A stretch of DNA of 46,936 nucleotides from Paenibacillaceae bacterium (GTDB lineage Bacteria; Bacillota; Bacilli; Paenibacillales; NBRC-103111), in assembly GCA_020697475.1 (NCBI GenBank), contig JAJFMO010000001.1:1-46936 (forward strand), in the 5' to 3' direction. The notes beneath the pieces are model-generated. The model was not told the origin of the DNA and searched no databases. It saw only the letters and a list, made by a program, of their open reading frames with translations. Shown piece by piece: positions 37,860 to 46,936 of this stretch. Position numbers and translations under genes: made by a program. The first letter of the stretch is position 1, and each line of letters begins with the position of its first letter.

Positions 37860-39173
37860 CTATTTGGAAGCGATCATCTGGTTGATCTGTTCGTCTGCCA
37901 ACCGAATGGCCGTATTAATATCCGATTTGCCCGCGAGGAAATCGCGGAATGCCGCTTGCGCCAGCTTCTTGCCGTCGATCTCATAAGGCGAGTAGTCGGG
38001 GGCGGACACAATTTTACTTTTGAAAATCGCCTGCAAGTTTTTCCCCTTCAAATAAGGGAGGTCGGCTCCATACTGCTTCTGCACCTCGGTCGTCTTCAGA
38101 GGAGACATTCTCGCCGTCTTGCGGACGTTGGTCAACTGAACTTCATCGGACGTAACCACTTCCAGTACCTTGATCGCGTCGTCCTTGTGCTTGCTTGTCT
38201 TGGCGATGGCGAGATTGTGCGAGTCGACCTTGCCGGAGACGTTCGGCGCTTCCTTGTAGCTCGGGTATTGCGCGATATCTCAATTCAACCCTTTCTCCCC
38301 GGCCGAACCCATCTGCACCATCAAGTTGACGGAGACGAGCATCGCGATATTCTTATCCTTAATAAAATAATCCGCTTCCGTCGACGCGCCAGGTTCCGGC
38401 TTCGGCGGCTCGTTCCCGGGAATCGTCTGAATTTGCTTGGTGATTTCGAAGACGCTCTTCCACTTCGGGTCGGTCATCGCCGACTTGTTCGTCTTGCCGT
38501 TGACATAAGGCAAAGCGAACGGGAAGCTCATCAAGTAGCTGCTGACCACGTCAAGGCCGCGGTACTGGACGCTGCCGTCTTTGCGCGTAACCTTCTTCCC
38601 CAGCTCGATCGCATTGTCCCACGTCATCCCGTCTTTCGGATAGGCCACGCCGAACTTGTCGAACACGTCCTTGTTGTAATACATCGTGTCGAACTGCATT
38701 GCGTAAGGAACCGCCCACACTTCGCCTTTGTCAGACTTTACGGCATCGATCGTGGCCGGCAAGAAGCGGGACAGATCGATCTTATTTTGTTTCAAAAGGG
38801 GGGCGATATCATATAGCAAATCCTGCTGCTTGTAGCCCAGCATATCGGCGTTCGGAGTTGTGATGAGGTCGGGGATTGTACCCGAGGCGATCAACTCGTT
38901 GATGGTCGTTCCTTTGGCGGGGGCTACCGACTTGAGCGTGATGTTCGGGTACTTCTTCTGCACGGGATCGGCGAACAGCAGCTTGAAGTCTTCGTCGCTG
39001 ACACTTGCGCCCAAATAGACAAGCAACGTAACCGGATCGTTGGACACTTTCTGCGGTACTGACTGGGCGGTGGTGTTGGCAGGGGCGTCGGTGCCTGCTG
39101 CGGATCCTACGCACCCGGCGCACGCAAGTGCTGTCGACACTAGCAAACCGAAAAGCAAACGCTTTCTTGACAC
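37860..39173 (-). pseudogene. ABC solute-binding lipoprotein interrupted by an in-frame TGA at 38280-38282
   Basis: One frame throughout; GLN*DIAQYP aligns with GFNWDLAQYP of the paralog at 42867; GGAGGGG RBS and GTG start. Confidence 0.85.
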
Positions 39174-39441
39174 AGGTAAACCCTCCGTTTCGAATATAAG
39201 ATTGGTTAGGTACACGAATAAGTTGTATAAAAGATATATTCGTGTTAGGTTGTCATACACTATGAGCCTAGTATAATTTGTTACTCCGGGAGCGTCAATG
39301 CTAAATTTGATTGGCAAGAAATTGGGCAAGCCTATAATTAGAGTATATTCGCCATTCTCTGAATTAGTATATAACCAATAGACAACTCAACGTAAGGAAA
39401 CGCTGGACACTGACGGTTTCACTTACCTTTATAGAACTTAT

Positions 39442-39505
39442 AAGTTCCGGGGCTCCCGCAAAGTACCTGAATCATCTTCGAAGCGAAACCCCACTTTATG
39501 GGGTT
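39442..39505. repeat. Dispersed ~65-bp stem-loop repeat, copy 2
   Basis: AAGTTCCGGGGCTCCCGCAAAGTACCTGAATCATCTTCGAAG...CCCCACTTTATGGGGTT matches 1263-1325. Confidence 0.85.
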
Positions 39506-39587
39506 ATTTTATTGATCTTATGGAAAAAGTGACCTACTATTAATGTAATATGAATGTCTGAAACCATTGATGAAGGAGCATGCCGCC

Positions 39588-41147
39588 ATGAAATCCGCCA
39601 ACCGACCGAACATTATTCTGATTACGACTGATCAACAACGCAAAGATTCGTTATCTTGCTACGGTTCGCCGTTCGTACATACACCGCAGCTCGACAGTCT
39701 AGCTGCTGAGGGTATAAGATGCGAGCGGGCTTATTGCACGAACTCCGTCTGCACGCCAAGCCGCGCCTCGCTGTTCAGCGGGCAATACGTTCATCGGCAC
39801 GGAGCCTGGAATGTCGGCATGAAGATCGCCCCGGATACCAAGCTGTTGCCACAGGTTTTGGTTGAGCGAGGGTTTCGCACGCACCATATCGGAAAGGCGC
39901 ATTTTCAGCCGTATCAACCGAAGGCCGAACAGACGCGGGAATCGACCCCCGATTGGGACAAAATTTACCCTGAGTTCTCCGGGCCTTACTATGGTTTCGA
40001 GACAATCGAAATGTCCATGGGGCACACAGTCGGCGGGGTGAGCGGTCATTACGGGACATGGGTCAAGGAGCGTTGCGGCGACGGAGGTGCGAAATTCGCG
40101 CAAACTCGCCGATCGTCTGTGCCGTTCGGAGGAGCGGCGGTCGACTGGGAACTGCCGGCCGCTTACCGGCAGACCGAATGGGCAGCGGAGCGGGCGGTTG
40201 CTTTTTTGCAAGAATATGCGGCTGAACAGGCGAGGATACAAGTGGAGGAGCAGGCGGGTGAGGGGCGACCTTTCTTCCTCAACATCGGTTTCCAGGACCC
40301 GCACCATCCGCATGCATTGCCGCCGGAGTGGCGGGAGGACTTGGATGTCGAACGGATTCCGGCGCCAACCTTCGTCGAGGGGGAGTTGGACGACAAACCG
40401 GCGTTTTTTCGGGACGTGCACGAAGGAAGTTGGTCGTCTAAACACCCGCTTCACGGCGCTTTTCCGCTGGCAGGACAAGGGCGCAGCGGCACTCATGCGG
40501 GACAAATCCCATTGACGGATCAACTGTTGGGAAGAGCGTATTATTACCGGATGGTTGAAGGGATTGATGCGGCTTGCGGGCGCATTTTTCAAACATTGGA
40601 CGAATTGGGTATGGGCGACAACACGATCATCGTGTTCACTTCGGATCACGGGGAGCTGCTGGGGGATCACGGGTTTTGGATGAAGGGGCCGTTCCATTAC
40701 GAACAGCTGATCAATATCCCGCTCATTATCCGATGGAAGGGTGTTCTGCCGGCAGGCGAGGTGCAACCCGGAATCGTCAGCTTGGTCGACATCGCGCCGA
40801 CGCTGCTTGCCATGTGCGGGATCGAACTTCCTGCCGATATGGAAGGGAAAGATCTTTCCGCTTGGCTTGCGGGTAAGGGAGGAAGCGGCCGGACTCGCGC
40901 ATTGGTCGAAACGGTCGATGATCCGCACAAAATCCGGGTGAAGACGATTGTGACCGAGCGGTGGAAGCTGTCATGTTACCCGGGACAAGCCTTCGGGGAG
41001 CTGGTCGACCTGCAGCAAGACCCGGGGGAACTGCGGAATTTGTGGGACGATCCGGCGTATCGGCACATTAAGGCAGAGTTGTACGGAGATCTGCTGGCCG
41101 AGCTGGAAACTTCCGAGCGGCGCAATGAGCGGATCAGCTATGCGTGA
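39588..41147 (+). CDS. Cys-type sulfatase family hydrolase
   Basis: RPNIILITTDQQR, CTPSRAS, GKAH, DPHHP, TSDHGE, DLQQDPGE. Confidence 0.92.
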   Translation: MKSANRPNIILITTDQQRKDSLSCYGSPFVHTPQLDSLAAEGIRCERAYCTNSVCTPSRASLFSGQYVHRHGAWNVGMKIAPDTKLLPQVLVERGFRTHHIGKAHFQPYQPKAEQTRESTPDWDKIYPEFSGPYYGFETIEMSMGHTVGGVSGHYGTWVKERCGDGGAKFAQTRRSSVPFGGAAVDWELPAAYRQTEWAAERAVAFLQEYAAEQARIQVEEQAGEGRPFFLNIGFQDPHHPHALPPEWREDLDVERIPAPTFVEGELDDKPAFFRDVHEGSWSSKHPLHGAFPLAGQGRSGTHAGQIPLTDQLLGRAYYYRMVEGIDAACGRIFQTLDELGMGDNTIIVFTSDHGELLGDHGFWMKGPFHYEQLINIPLIIRWKGVLPAGEVQPGIVSLVDIAPTLLAMCGIELPADMEGKDLSAWLAGKGGSGRTRALVETVDDPHKIRVKTIVTERWKLSCYPGQAFGELVDLQQDPGELRNLWDDPAYRHIKAELYGDLLAELETSERRNERISYA

Positions 41148-41166
41148 AGACGCATGTATATAAGCC

Positions 41167-42600
41167 TCAAAGAGATGGGGCAACGCGGGATTTGGTTGCC
41201 TGTTCGAAGGCGTAGGCCAGCCGCAGCAATGTCGGCTCGCTGAACGCGTCTCCGGTGAACGACACGCCGAACGGCTTGCCGTCGGCCTTATACCCTGCCG
41301 GCACGATAATGGCGGGGTAGCCGGCGACGGCTGGGGCGTCGGAGAAATCCGGTGCAAACAGCGCATCAAGTCGGTGCTCGATCAGCGCCTTATCGATGCC
41401 CTCTTCACGGGACGCCCGCCAATCACGCAGCCGATCCTTGAGGTACTCCGCTTCTGTGAGCGTCCCGGACGTTTCGTATTCAGCCTTGAGCAGAAGCGAT
41501 TGCCCATAACGGAGCGCCTCCGGGTGGTGCAAATTGTTGAACTCGATGACCTCCCGCAGCGTCTTGACAGGCGCTTTTGGCCCAAGCGACGCGAGGTAGC
41601 GGTTCACTGCGGATTTGAACTCATATAGCAGGACGGTGGACTTGTTGGCGATATGCGGTACGTTTGCATTCTCGATAATAACCGCCCCTGCTTCTTTCAG
41701 TACACTTACCGCCTTGGCGAAAAGCCCCAACTCTTCCTCATCAAAGTTTTCGATGTATCCACGGTTGATGCCGATACGCGCTTCGCACAGCCCGTTGCGA
41801 TCGAGGAAGATCGAATAATCGGGATGCGCCTTGCCCTGACTTTGCCCCGTGCTTGCATCCGACGGATCTTCCCCAGCCAATACGCCGAGCAAGATGGCCG
41901 CATCCTCCACGGTGCGGGCAATCGGCCCGGCTATGTCCTGGGTGTAAGAGATCGGCACAATCCCTGCGCGACTGACCAAACTAACGGTCGGCTTCAAGCC
42001 GACGACACTGTTCTTGCGCGCCGGGTTTAGGATCGAACCGGACGTTTCTGTACCGACGGCCGCTGCGCATAAATTGGCCGCCACCGCGACCGCCGAGCCG
42101 CTGCTGGAACCGCCAGGATCAAGCGTGGCTGGGGCGTAAGGGTTGAGTACTTGCCCGCCTCGCGAGCTGTAGCCGTTCGGCATGCCTTTCGTCATGAAGT
42201 TCGCCCACTCTGTCATGTTCGTCTTCCCAAGCAGCACGGCTCCCGCCTCTCTCAATCGCCCTACGAGAAACGCGTCATAGGACGCGAATGAATCCGAGAG
42301 AGCCGCCGAACCGGCGCTGGTATGCATGTTGTCGGCTGTATTGATATTGTCTTTCAGCAAGATCGGTACCCCGTGAAGCGGCCCGCGAATCATCCCGCGC
42401 TTGCGCTCTTCGTCCCGTGCCGCGGCGATATACCAAGCGTCCGGATTTAACTCCAGCACCGAATTCAAGGCAACTCCACCCTTATCATGTTTCGCAATTC
42501 GCTCAATGTACATATTCGTCAATTGTACGGAAGTCAATTCCCCGGATTTAAAGGCGGCTTGAATGCCGAGAATCGTTACTTCTTCAACACAAAAGTCCAT
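41167..42600 (-). CDS. Amidase signature family protein
   Basis: LHGVPILLKDN, GKTNMTEWA, GGSSSGS, GTETSGSI. Confidence 0.92.
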   Translation of the reverse strand: MDFCVEEVTILGIQAAFKSGELTSVQLTNMYIERIAKHDKGGVALNSVLELNPDAWYIAAARDEERKRGMIRGPLHGVPILLKDNINTADNMHTSAGSAALSDSFASYDAFLVGRLREAGAVLLGKTNMTEWANFMTKGMPNGYSSRGGQVLNPYAPATLDPGGSSSGSAVAVAANLCAAAVGTETSGSILNPARKNSVVGLKPTVSLVSRAGIVPISYTQDIAGPIARTVEDAAILLGVLAGEDPSDASTGQSQGKAHPDYSIFLDRNGLCEARIGINRGYIENFDEEELGLFAKAVSVLKEAGAVIIENANVPHIANKSTVLLYEFKSAVNRYLASLGPKAPVKTLREVIEFNNLHHPEALRYGQSLLLKAEYETSGTLTEAEYLKDRLRDWRASREEGIDKALIEHRLDALFAPDFSDAPAVAGYPAIIVPAGYKADGKPFGVSFTGDAFSEPTLLRLAYAFEQATKSRVAPSL

Positions 42601-42746
42601 CTAGAACCCTCCTCTAAAATGATGATTCAACACGAGGCAACATAACGTTAAGGTAAACTAATCATGACATTTTTGGCAAGGACATATCTCTATATGAATC
42701 TTTTGTTTATGGGTAAATATACACTATACTAATAGTGAATAATGGG

Positions 42747-42825
42747 TTGACACTGGCATCGTTTCTGTTTTATGCTGAAATTGTGAACGCATACATTTGT
42801 GGATTTGGTATTGAAAGCGATCACA
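42747..42825 (+). promoter_or_regulatory. SigA promoter with two LacI/CcpA (cre)-like operators
   Basis: TTGACA-18 bp-TATGCT; TGTGAACGCATACA at 42782 and TGAAAGCGATCACA at 42812. Confidence 0.65.
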
Positions 42826-42866
42826 ATATTAAGCTCATTGTTCATATACAATGAGGGGGAGGGAAA

Positions 42867-44204
42867 TTGTTTGTGAGGAGAAAATGGCTTTTTGTATTGG
42901 TAGCGCTCTCAATCGTCCTGCTGGTTTCCGGGTGCGGCAACGGAGGGACGGCTGCGACAGGGGCGGCTAAAGACACCGGAGGCGTCGAGAAGGCGGCGGT
43001 GAAGGAAAATACCGAACCGGTTACTCTAACGTTGTTTATGAACAATTTGATCTCCGATGCGGACCTGGAGCGGGAGCTCTATGAACCTTTGAAGAAGAAA
43101 TACCCGTACATCACGGTTGAAGCGACGATGAACGGCGGAGAAAATAAAATTGAAAATTTGATCACTGCGGGGACTCCGCCCGATTTATTCAATTATTATG
43201 TTGGAGCCATGGGGAACATTATCAAGCTGGGCCTGGTAGAAGATATTACTCCGATGCTCAAGAAGAACAAAATCGATTTGTCGCGTTTCCAGCAGGTGAT
43301 GATCGATTCGGTGCGGGCGGCTTCCGACAAGGGCGAGCTGTACGGTCTTCCGCGCTACTCCAATACCGTTGCCTTGTATTATAATAAGGATATTTTCGAT
43401 AAGTTTGGGGTTCCCTACCCGAAAGACGGCCTAAACTGGGATCAAACTTTGGAAATTGCTAAAAAGGTATCGCGTTCGGACGGAGGGGTCAACTATTATG
43501 GTTTGTCGGGCGACAGCCTGTACCGTCCCAGCTTTATCTATTCATTGTCGCCGGTGGATCCGAAGACGAACAAAGCCAGCATCAATAACGATCACTGGCG
43601 CAAGGTGTTGGAGCTTGACCGGAATATTTTCTCCATCCCGGGCAATCTTCCCGATCCGATCAGCTTAGTTAACAGCGGCGTTAAGCGATTCACGGAAACA
43701 CGCGACTTGGCGATGTTGGCTTCGGTGAACAACTTGCGGCAAATCGAGCCGGCCGCCGCGAAAGGATTCAATTGGGATTTGGCGCAATACCCGTTCTTCC
43801 CGGACAAACCGAATGTCGGCGGAATGGTTGACGTCCACGTCATCGGGGTAAGCAAGACGAGCAAGCATAAAGATGCGGCGATGAAGGTCGTCGAACTGAT
43901 GACTTCAGACGAAGTGCAATTGATTGCGGCACGGCAAAGCGCTGCGGCGTCGCCGCTCAATAATAAGGAAATGCAGAAACAATTCGGTGCGGAAGCACCC
44001 TACTTGAAAGGAAAGAACGTGCAGGCGTTCTTTAAGAGCAAGGCGGCTCCGGCGCCCCAGTTCAGCCTGTATTTGAACGACGCGAAGAAAGTGTTCACCC
44101 CGATGTTTACAGACTATGTTGCCGGCAAGTCGGATCTCAATACATTTATCCGGGAAGCGGAAGATGCAATCAACAAGAAGATGGAAGACGTAGTCGGGAA
44201 ATAA
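42867..44204 (+). CDS. ABC transporter solute-binding lipoprotein (family 1), monocistronic
   Basis: Lipobox VSGC, LYYNKDIFDKFGVPYPKDGLNWD; TTG start with GGGAGG RBS. Confidence 0.9.
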   Translation: MFVRRKWLFVLVALSIVLLVSGCGNGGTAATGAAKDTGGVEKAAVKENTEPVTLTLFMNNLISDADLERELYEPLKKKYPYITVEATMNGGENKIENLITAGTPPDLFNYYVGAMGNIIKLGLVEDITPMLKKNKIDLSRFQQVMIDSVRAASDKGELYGLPRYSNTVALYYNKDIFDKFGVPYPKDGLNWDQTLEIAKKVSRSDGGVNYYGLSGDSLYRPSFIYSLSPVDPKTNKASINNDHWRKVLELDRNIFSIPGNLPDPISLVNSGVKRFTETRDLAMLASVNNLRQIEPAAAKGFNWDLAQYPFFPDKPNVGGMVDVHVIGVSKTSKHKDAAMKVVELMTSDEVQLIAARQSAAASPLNNKEMQKQFGAEAPYLKGKNVQAFFKSKAAPAPQFSLYLNDAKKVFTPMFTDYVAGKSDLNTFIREAEDAINKKMEDVVGK

Positions 44205-44222
44205 GGGTTGGCCAAACGTTCA

Positions 44223-44265
44223 GAAACACCCCGTTGCTATTACGGTAAGCGGGGTGTTTCATTTT
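44223..44265 (+). terminator. Intrinsic terminator
   Basis: GAAACACCCCG...CGGGGTGTTTC-ATTTT. Confidence 0.75.
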
Positions 44266-44456
44266 GGGATCCTCCAGCTGAATTGCACTGTTCTACCACA
44301 AGATCGCGTACCTGGACGGGGAGCGGGAGGAATTGGCGCGCCTTTCGCGAATTGTTTCTACCAGAGATGGGACTCGAAGAAAATAGCCAAAGCACTCAGG
44401 CTGTCCCATTATCGGATCTATGTGCAGGATATAATCCTAAGCCGGTGGAGGACATC

Positions 44457-45977
44457 ATGGGGAAGACAGGGACAACGAACAGACTGACTATTTTTTACAC
44501 CAACGATCTGCACAGTGCTTTCGAAAATATGCCGAAGGTAGCCGGGGCCATTCGCACTTTTCGTGACCTGCTGCCTGCGGATGAGGTGTTGACGGTCGAT
44601 ATTGGCGACCATCTCGATCGAATGGCGCTTGAGACGGACATGAGCGATGGGCTGGCCAACGTGGAGGCGTTGAATCTGACGGGATACGACTTTCTCGTTC
44701 CGGGGAACCGGGAGGGTCATACGTTCACTCCGGAACAATGGGCGGAGATGTACAATCCGGCGAACGCGGGGTTCAAAGTGTTATGCGCCAACGTGGAACC
44801 GCCGAAACGATATGGGAAGACGCAGGATTGGTTGCGCAAGTGGGCGATTGTGGAGAAGGGCGGCATTAGAATCGGGCTGTTCGGCTTGTCTGCTATATCG
44901 GCGAAATTCGCCTCCCCGATAGGTTGGCGGGTGACGGGCAGGCCGGAGGCGGCAGCGGAGATGGTAAAGCTGCTTCGGCCGCAGGTGTCGGTGCTGATTC
45001 TGTTGTCGCACTTGGGCTTGAACGCCGACAAACGGTTGGTCGAAGAGTTGCCTGGAATCGACTTGATTTTCGGTGGCCATTCGCATCATTTGTTGAGGGA
45101 ACCGCTGAAAATCGGCGATACATGGCTGTTCGCAGCAGGGGAAAGGGGTCATCACGTAGGTATTGCACGGGTTGATATCGACATGGCTGCGGGTAGGATT
45201 ATTTCTGCGTCGTGCGATGTGGTGGAGACGGCGAATTACCCTGCTGATGCCAAGGTGGCAGCGGTCTCGGCGAAGTATCGCGAGATGAGTGAAACGTACC
45301 GCAAAAACCCGCAAATCGAGTTGGATGAGCCGCTTGAAGCGGTGTTTGAGCGGGAGTCGGTGCTCGGGAATTTACTTGCGGCCGGTGTAAGTCGCCATGT
45401 CGGGACGGAGATCGGCATCGTGAATACGGGGCAGTTTGTTGCGGGTTTGGAATCGGGGACGGTGACGTACAAGCGGCTGCTCGCGTGCTGTCCGTCCCCG
45501 GCGAAGCCGTGCCGCGCCGTCGTCACCGGCAAGCAAATTCGCCGTGCGCTGGAGGATGCGCTGAAGCCGGAAGTTGTGAAGCGAGGCACGACCGGATTCG
45601 GATTCAGCGGTATGGCGCTCGGCACGTTATGTGTTGACGGGCTGACGGTGCAATATCGGCCGGACGCGCCGGCAGGCGAGCGAATCGGCGATGTGCGGGT
45701 GATTGGCCCGCGGTCCGGCGACAGAAGCGTTGGTGGTGAAACGGATGACGTCGCGGCGAAATTAGGCGAGTTGCTGGATGAAGAACGGAGCTACACGGTC
45801 GGTACGGTTGATCTATTCACCTTCGGCCACGGCTACCCGGTGTTCGCGGAAGCGTCAGAGGTGACGTATTTCCCTGACGAGTTCATGCGCGATGTCTTGG
45901 TGGAACAATTGAAGCGGCCTGAAGAAATCGCTCGCGCCAAGATGGTCAGGTGGGTTGTTGCAAATACATTGAATTGA
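44457..45977 (+). CDS. Bifunctional metallophosphatase / 5'-nucleotidase (YunD-like)
   Basis: TNDLHS, DIGD, PGNRE, LSHLG, GGHSHH plus 5'-NT C-terminal domain; GGAGG RBS before ATG 44457. Confidence 0.85.
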   Translation: MGKTGTTNRLTIFYTNDLHSAFENMPKVAGAIRTFRDLLPADEVLTVDIGDHLDRMALETDMSDGLANVEALNLTGYDFLVPGNREGHTFTPEQWAEMYNPANAGFKVLCANVEPPKRYGKTQDWLRKWAIVEKGGIRIGLFGLSAISAKFASPIGWRVTGRPEAAAEMVKLLRPQVSVLILLSHLGLNADKRLVEELPGIDLIFGGHSHHLLREPLKIGDTWLFAAGERGHHVGIARVDIDMAAGRIISASCDVVETANYPADAKVAAVSAKYREMSETYRKNPQIELDEPLEAVFERESVLGNLLAAGVSRHVGTEIGIVNTGQFVAGLESGTVTYKRLLACCPSPAKPCRAVVTGKQIRRALEDALKPEVVKRGTTGFGFSGMALGTLCVDGLTVQYRPDAPAGERIGDVRVIGPRSGDRSVGGETDDVAAKLGELLDEERSYTVGTVDLFTFGHGYPVFAEASEVTYFPDEFMRDVLVEQLKRPEEIARAKMVRWVVANTLN

Positions 45978-45983
45978 TGCGGA

Positions 45984-46936
45984 TGTCAATCGTCTGTGAA
46001 AATGTCACCGCAACTCGTCTGTGAAAATGTCACATTAACGTATTGCCGAGGCGGCTTACCAGAGCGCCTCGGCATAGCTGTTGTGCTGAGAATATAAGGC
46101 ATCTTGGAAGTCGTTCTTACTTGTGGTACGCTTGTTTTGGTTTTGGTGCTTCGTGGTTTTCCACGGATGCATGGAGGCGGGTTTGCGTGGCGACGCAGAA
46201 CTCGCCTTTTTCATTTGCTGCTGGGGCCTGCGGACAGGCTTCTCGATCTCCACAAGCTTGATTGCCGCACCGTCGCGCCAAACGATGACTTCACCCGTGA
46301 GCGTCTGACGCACCTCTACGACCGTCTTGGCGTCGAAACGGCGGGAGGCAGGCTTGGCGAACGTATACAGCTTGTTGGCGTAGGACAGCGTGTTGCCCTG
46401 GCCGAGCGTTCGTTTCTCACGGATCGTAAACACATGTTCCAGGTGCATGGATGGATCGAGCTTGCTGTAGGCGCTCTCGTCGCTTTTCGGCTTCAAAGCG
46501 AACTTGCGATTGTGCTTGCGTATGAGCGCCGGTAAAGCCGCATTAGCCTCCTCTAGCATGTTGATGCCAAGCAGCCGCAACTCAATGACCAAGCGATCTT
46601 GGAGCGTCCCCCAGAGCCGCTCAATGCGCCCTTTAGCCTGCGGGGTTAACGCCTTGATATGCGTGATGCAGAGCTCATCCATGGCTTTGCCAAAGTCCGA
46701 CAGCGGTTTCGTCTCGCCGGTCAGTTCCTGCTCAACCGTTAACGTCTCGTTTGGCGATCTGAAGATCGTATGACGGTCGCTGTAAAGACCAAGCGGAATG
46801 CCGTAATTCTTGATTCCTTGCTGCATCACGAGCGAATAGCCTTCGCGGCTCTCGTTCGGTCTGAACACGGCACCGACAACGATGCCAGTCGCGTCATCGA
46901 TGGCCGCGTGAAGGGCGAAGGCTGGCGCACGGTCTT
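45984..46936 (-). mobile_element. IS1202/ISNCY-like insertion sequence, downstream end, truncated by the window
   Basis: TGT terminus with two subterminal 19-bp direct repeats TCGTCTGTGAAAATGTCAC (45990, 46015) next to a DDE transposase. Confidence 0.85.
46056..46934 (-). CDS. DDE transposase (ISNCY/IS1202-like), C-terminal part
   Basis: IDDATG, LYSDRH, PQAKGRIERLWGTLQDRL, HPWK; frame open to the window end. Confidence 0.9.
   Translation of the reverse strand, partial: DRAPAFALHAAIDDATGIVVGAVFRPNESREGYSLVMQQGIKNYGIPLGLYSDRHTIFRSPNETLTVEQELTGETKPLSDFGKAMDELCITHIKALTPQAKGRIERLWGTLQDRLVIELRLLGINMLEEANAALPALIRKHNRKFALKPKSDESAYSKLDPSMHLEHVFTIREKRTLGQGNTLSYANKLYTFAKPASRRFDAKTVVEVRQTLTGEVIVWRDGAAIKLVEIEKPVRRPQQQMKKASSASPRKPASMHPWKTTKHQNQNKRTTSKNDFQDALYSQHNSYAEALW

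Noticed and set aside
39699..40928. 409-aa ORF on the minus strand
   Set aside because: Antisense shadow of the sulfatase; no motifs, Arg/Pro/Ser-rich composition
44208..44456. N-terminal extension of the 5'-nucleotidase given in the ORF track
   Set aside because: Runs through a terminator hairpin; a good RBS precedes ATG 44457

Overview
Chromosomal window from a Firmicute, most likely Paenibacillaceae (judged from gene content and protein motifs). Housekeeping genes (yebC, ytpB, pfkA, cshA, 6S RNA, tpx, amtB, cimA, queF, dinB, mobB) are interspersed with accessory nutrient-scavenging modules: three paralogous orphan ABC solute-binding lipoproteins, two sulfatases, several phosphoesterases, an amidase and a sugar-phosphate catabolic block directly behind 6S RNA. 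The window ends in a truncated IS1202/ISNCY-like element. The best candidate for an undescribed system is a tightly coupled amtB - DUF294 nucleotidyltransferase - DEDDh exonuclease operon with three GlnR/TnrA boxes and no glnK, which looks like a nitrogen-controlled writer/eraser for reversible nucleotidylation. Also notable: an unannotated 48-aa ORF with its own promoter and terminator, an array of four 25-bp palindromic units, a dispersed ~65-bp stem-loop repeat, and four gene lesions (three internal deletions, one Trp-to-stop) that may be real decay or assembly errors. All family assignments come from motif recognition; no database searches were run.
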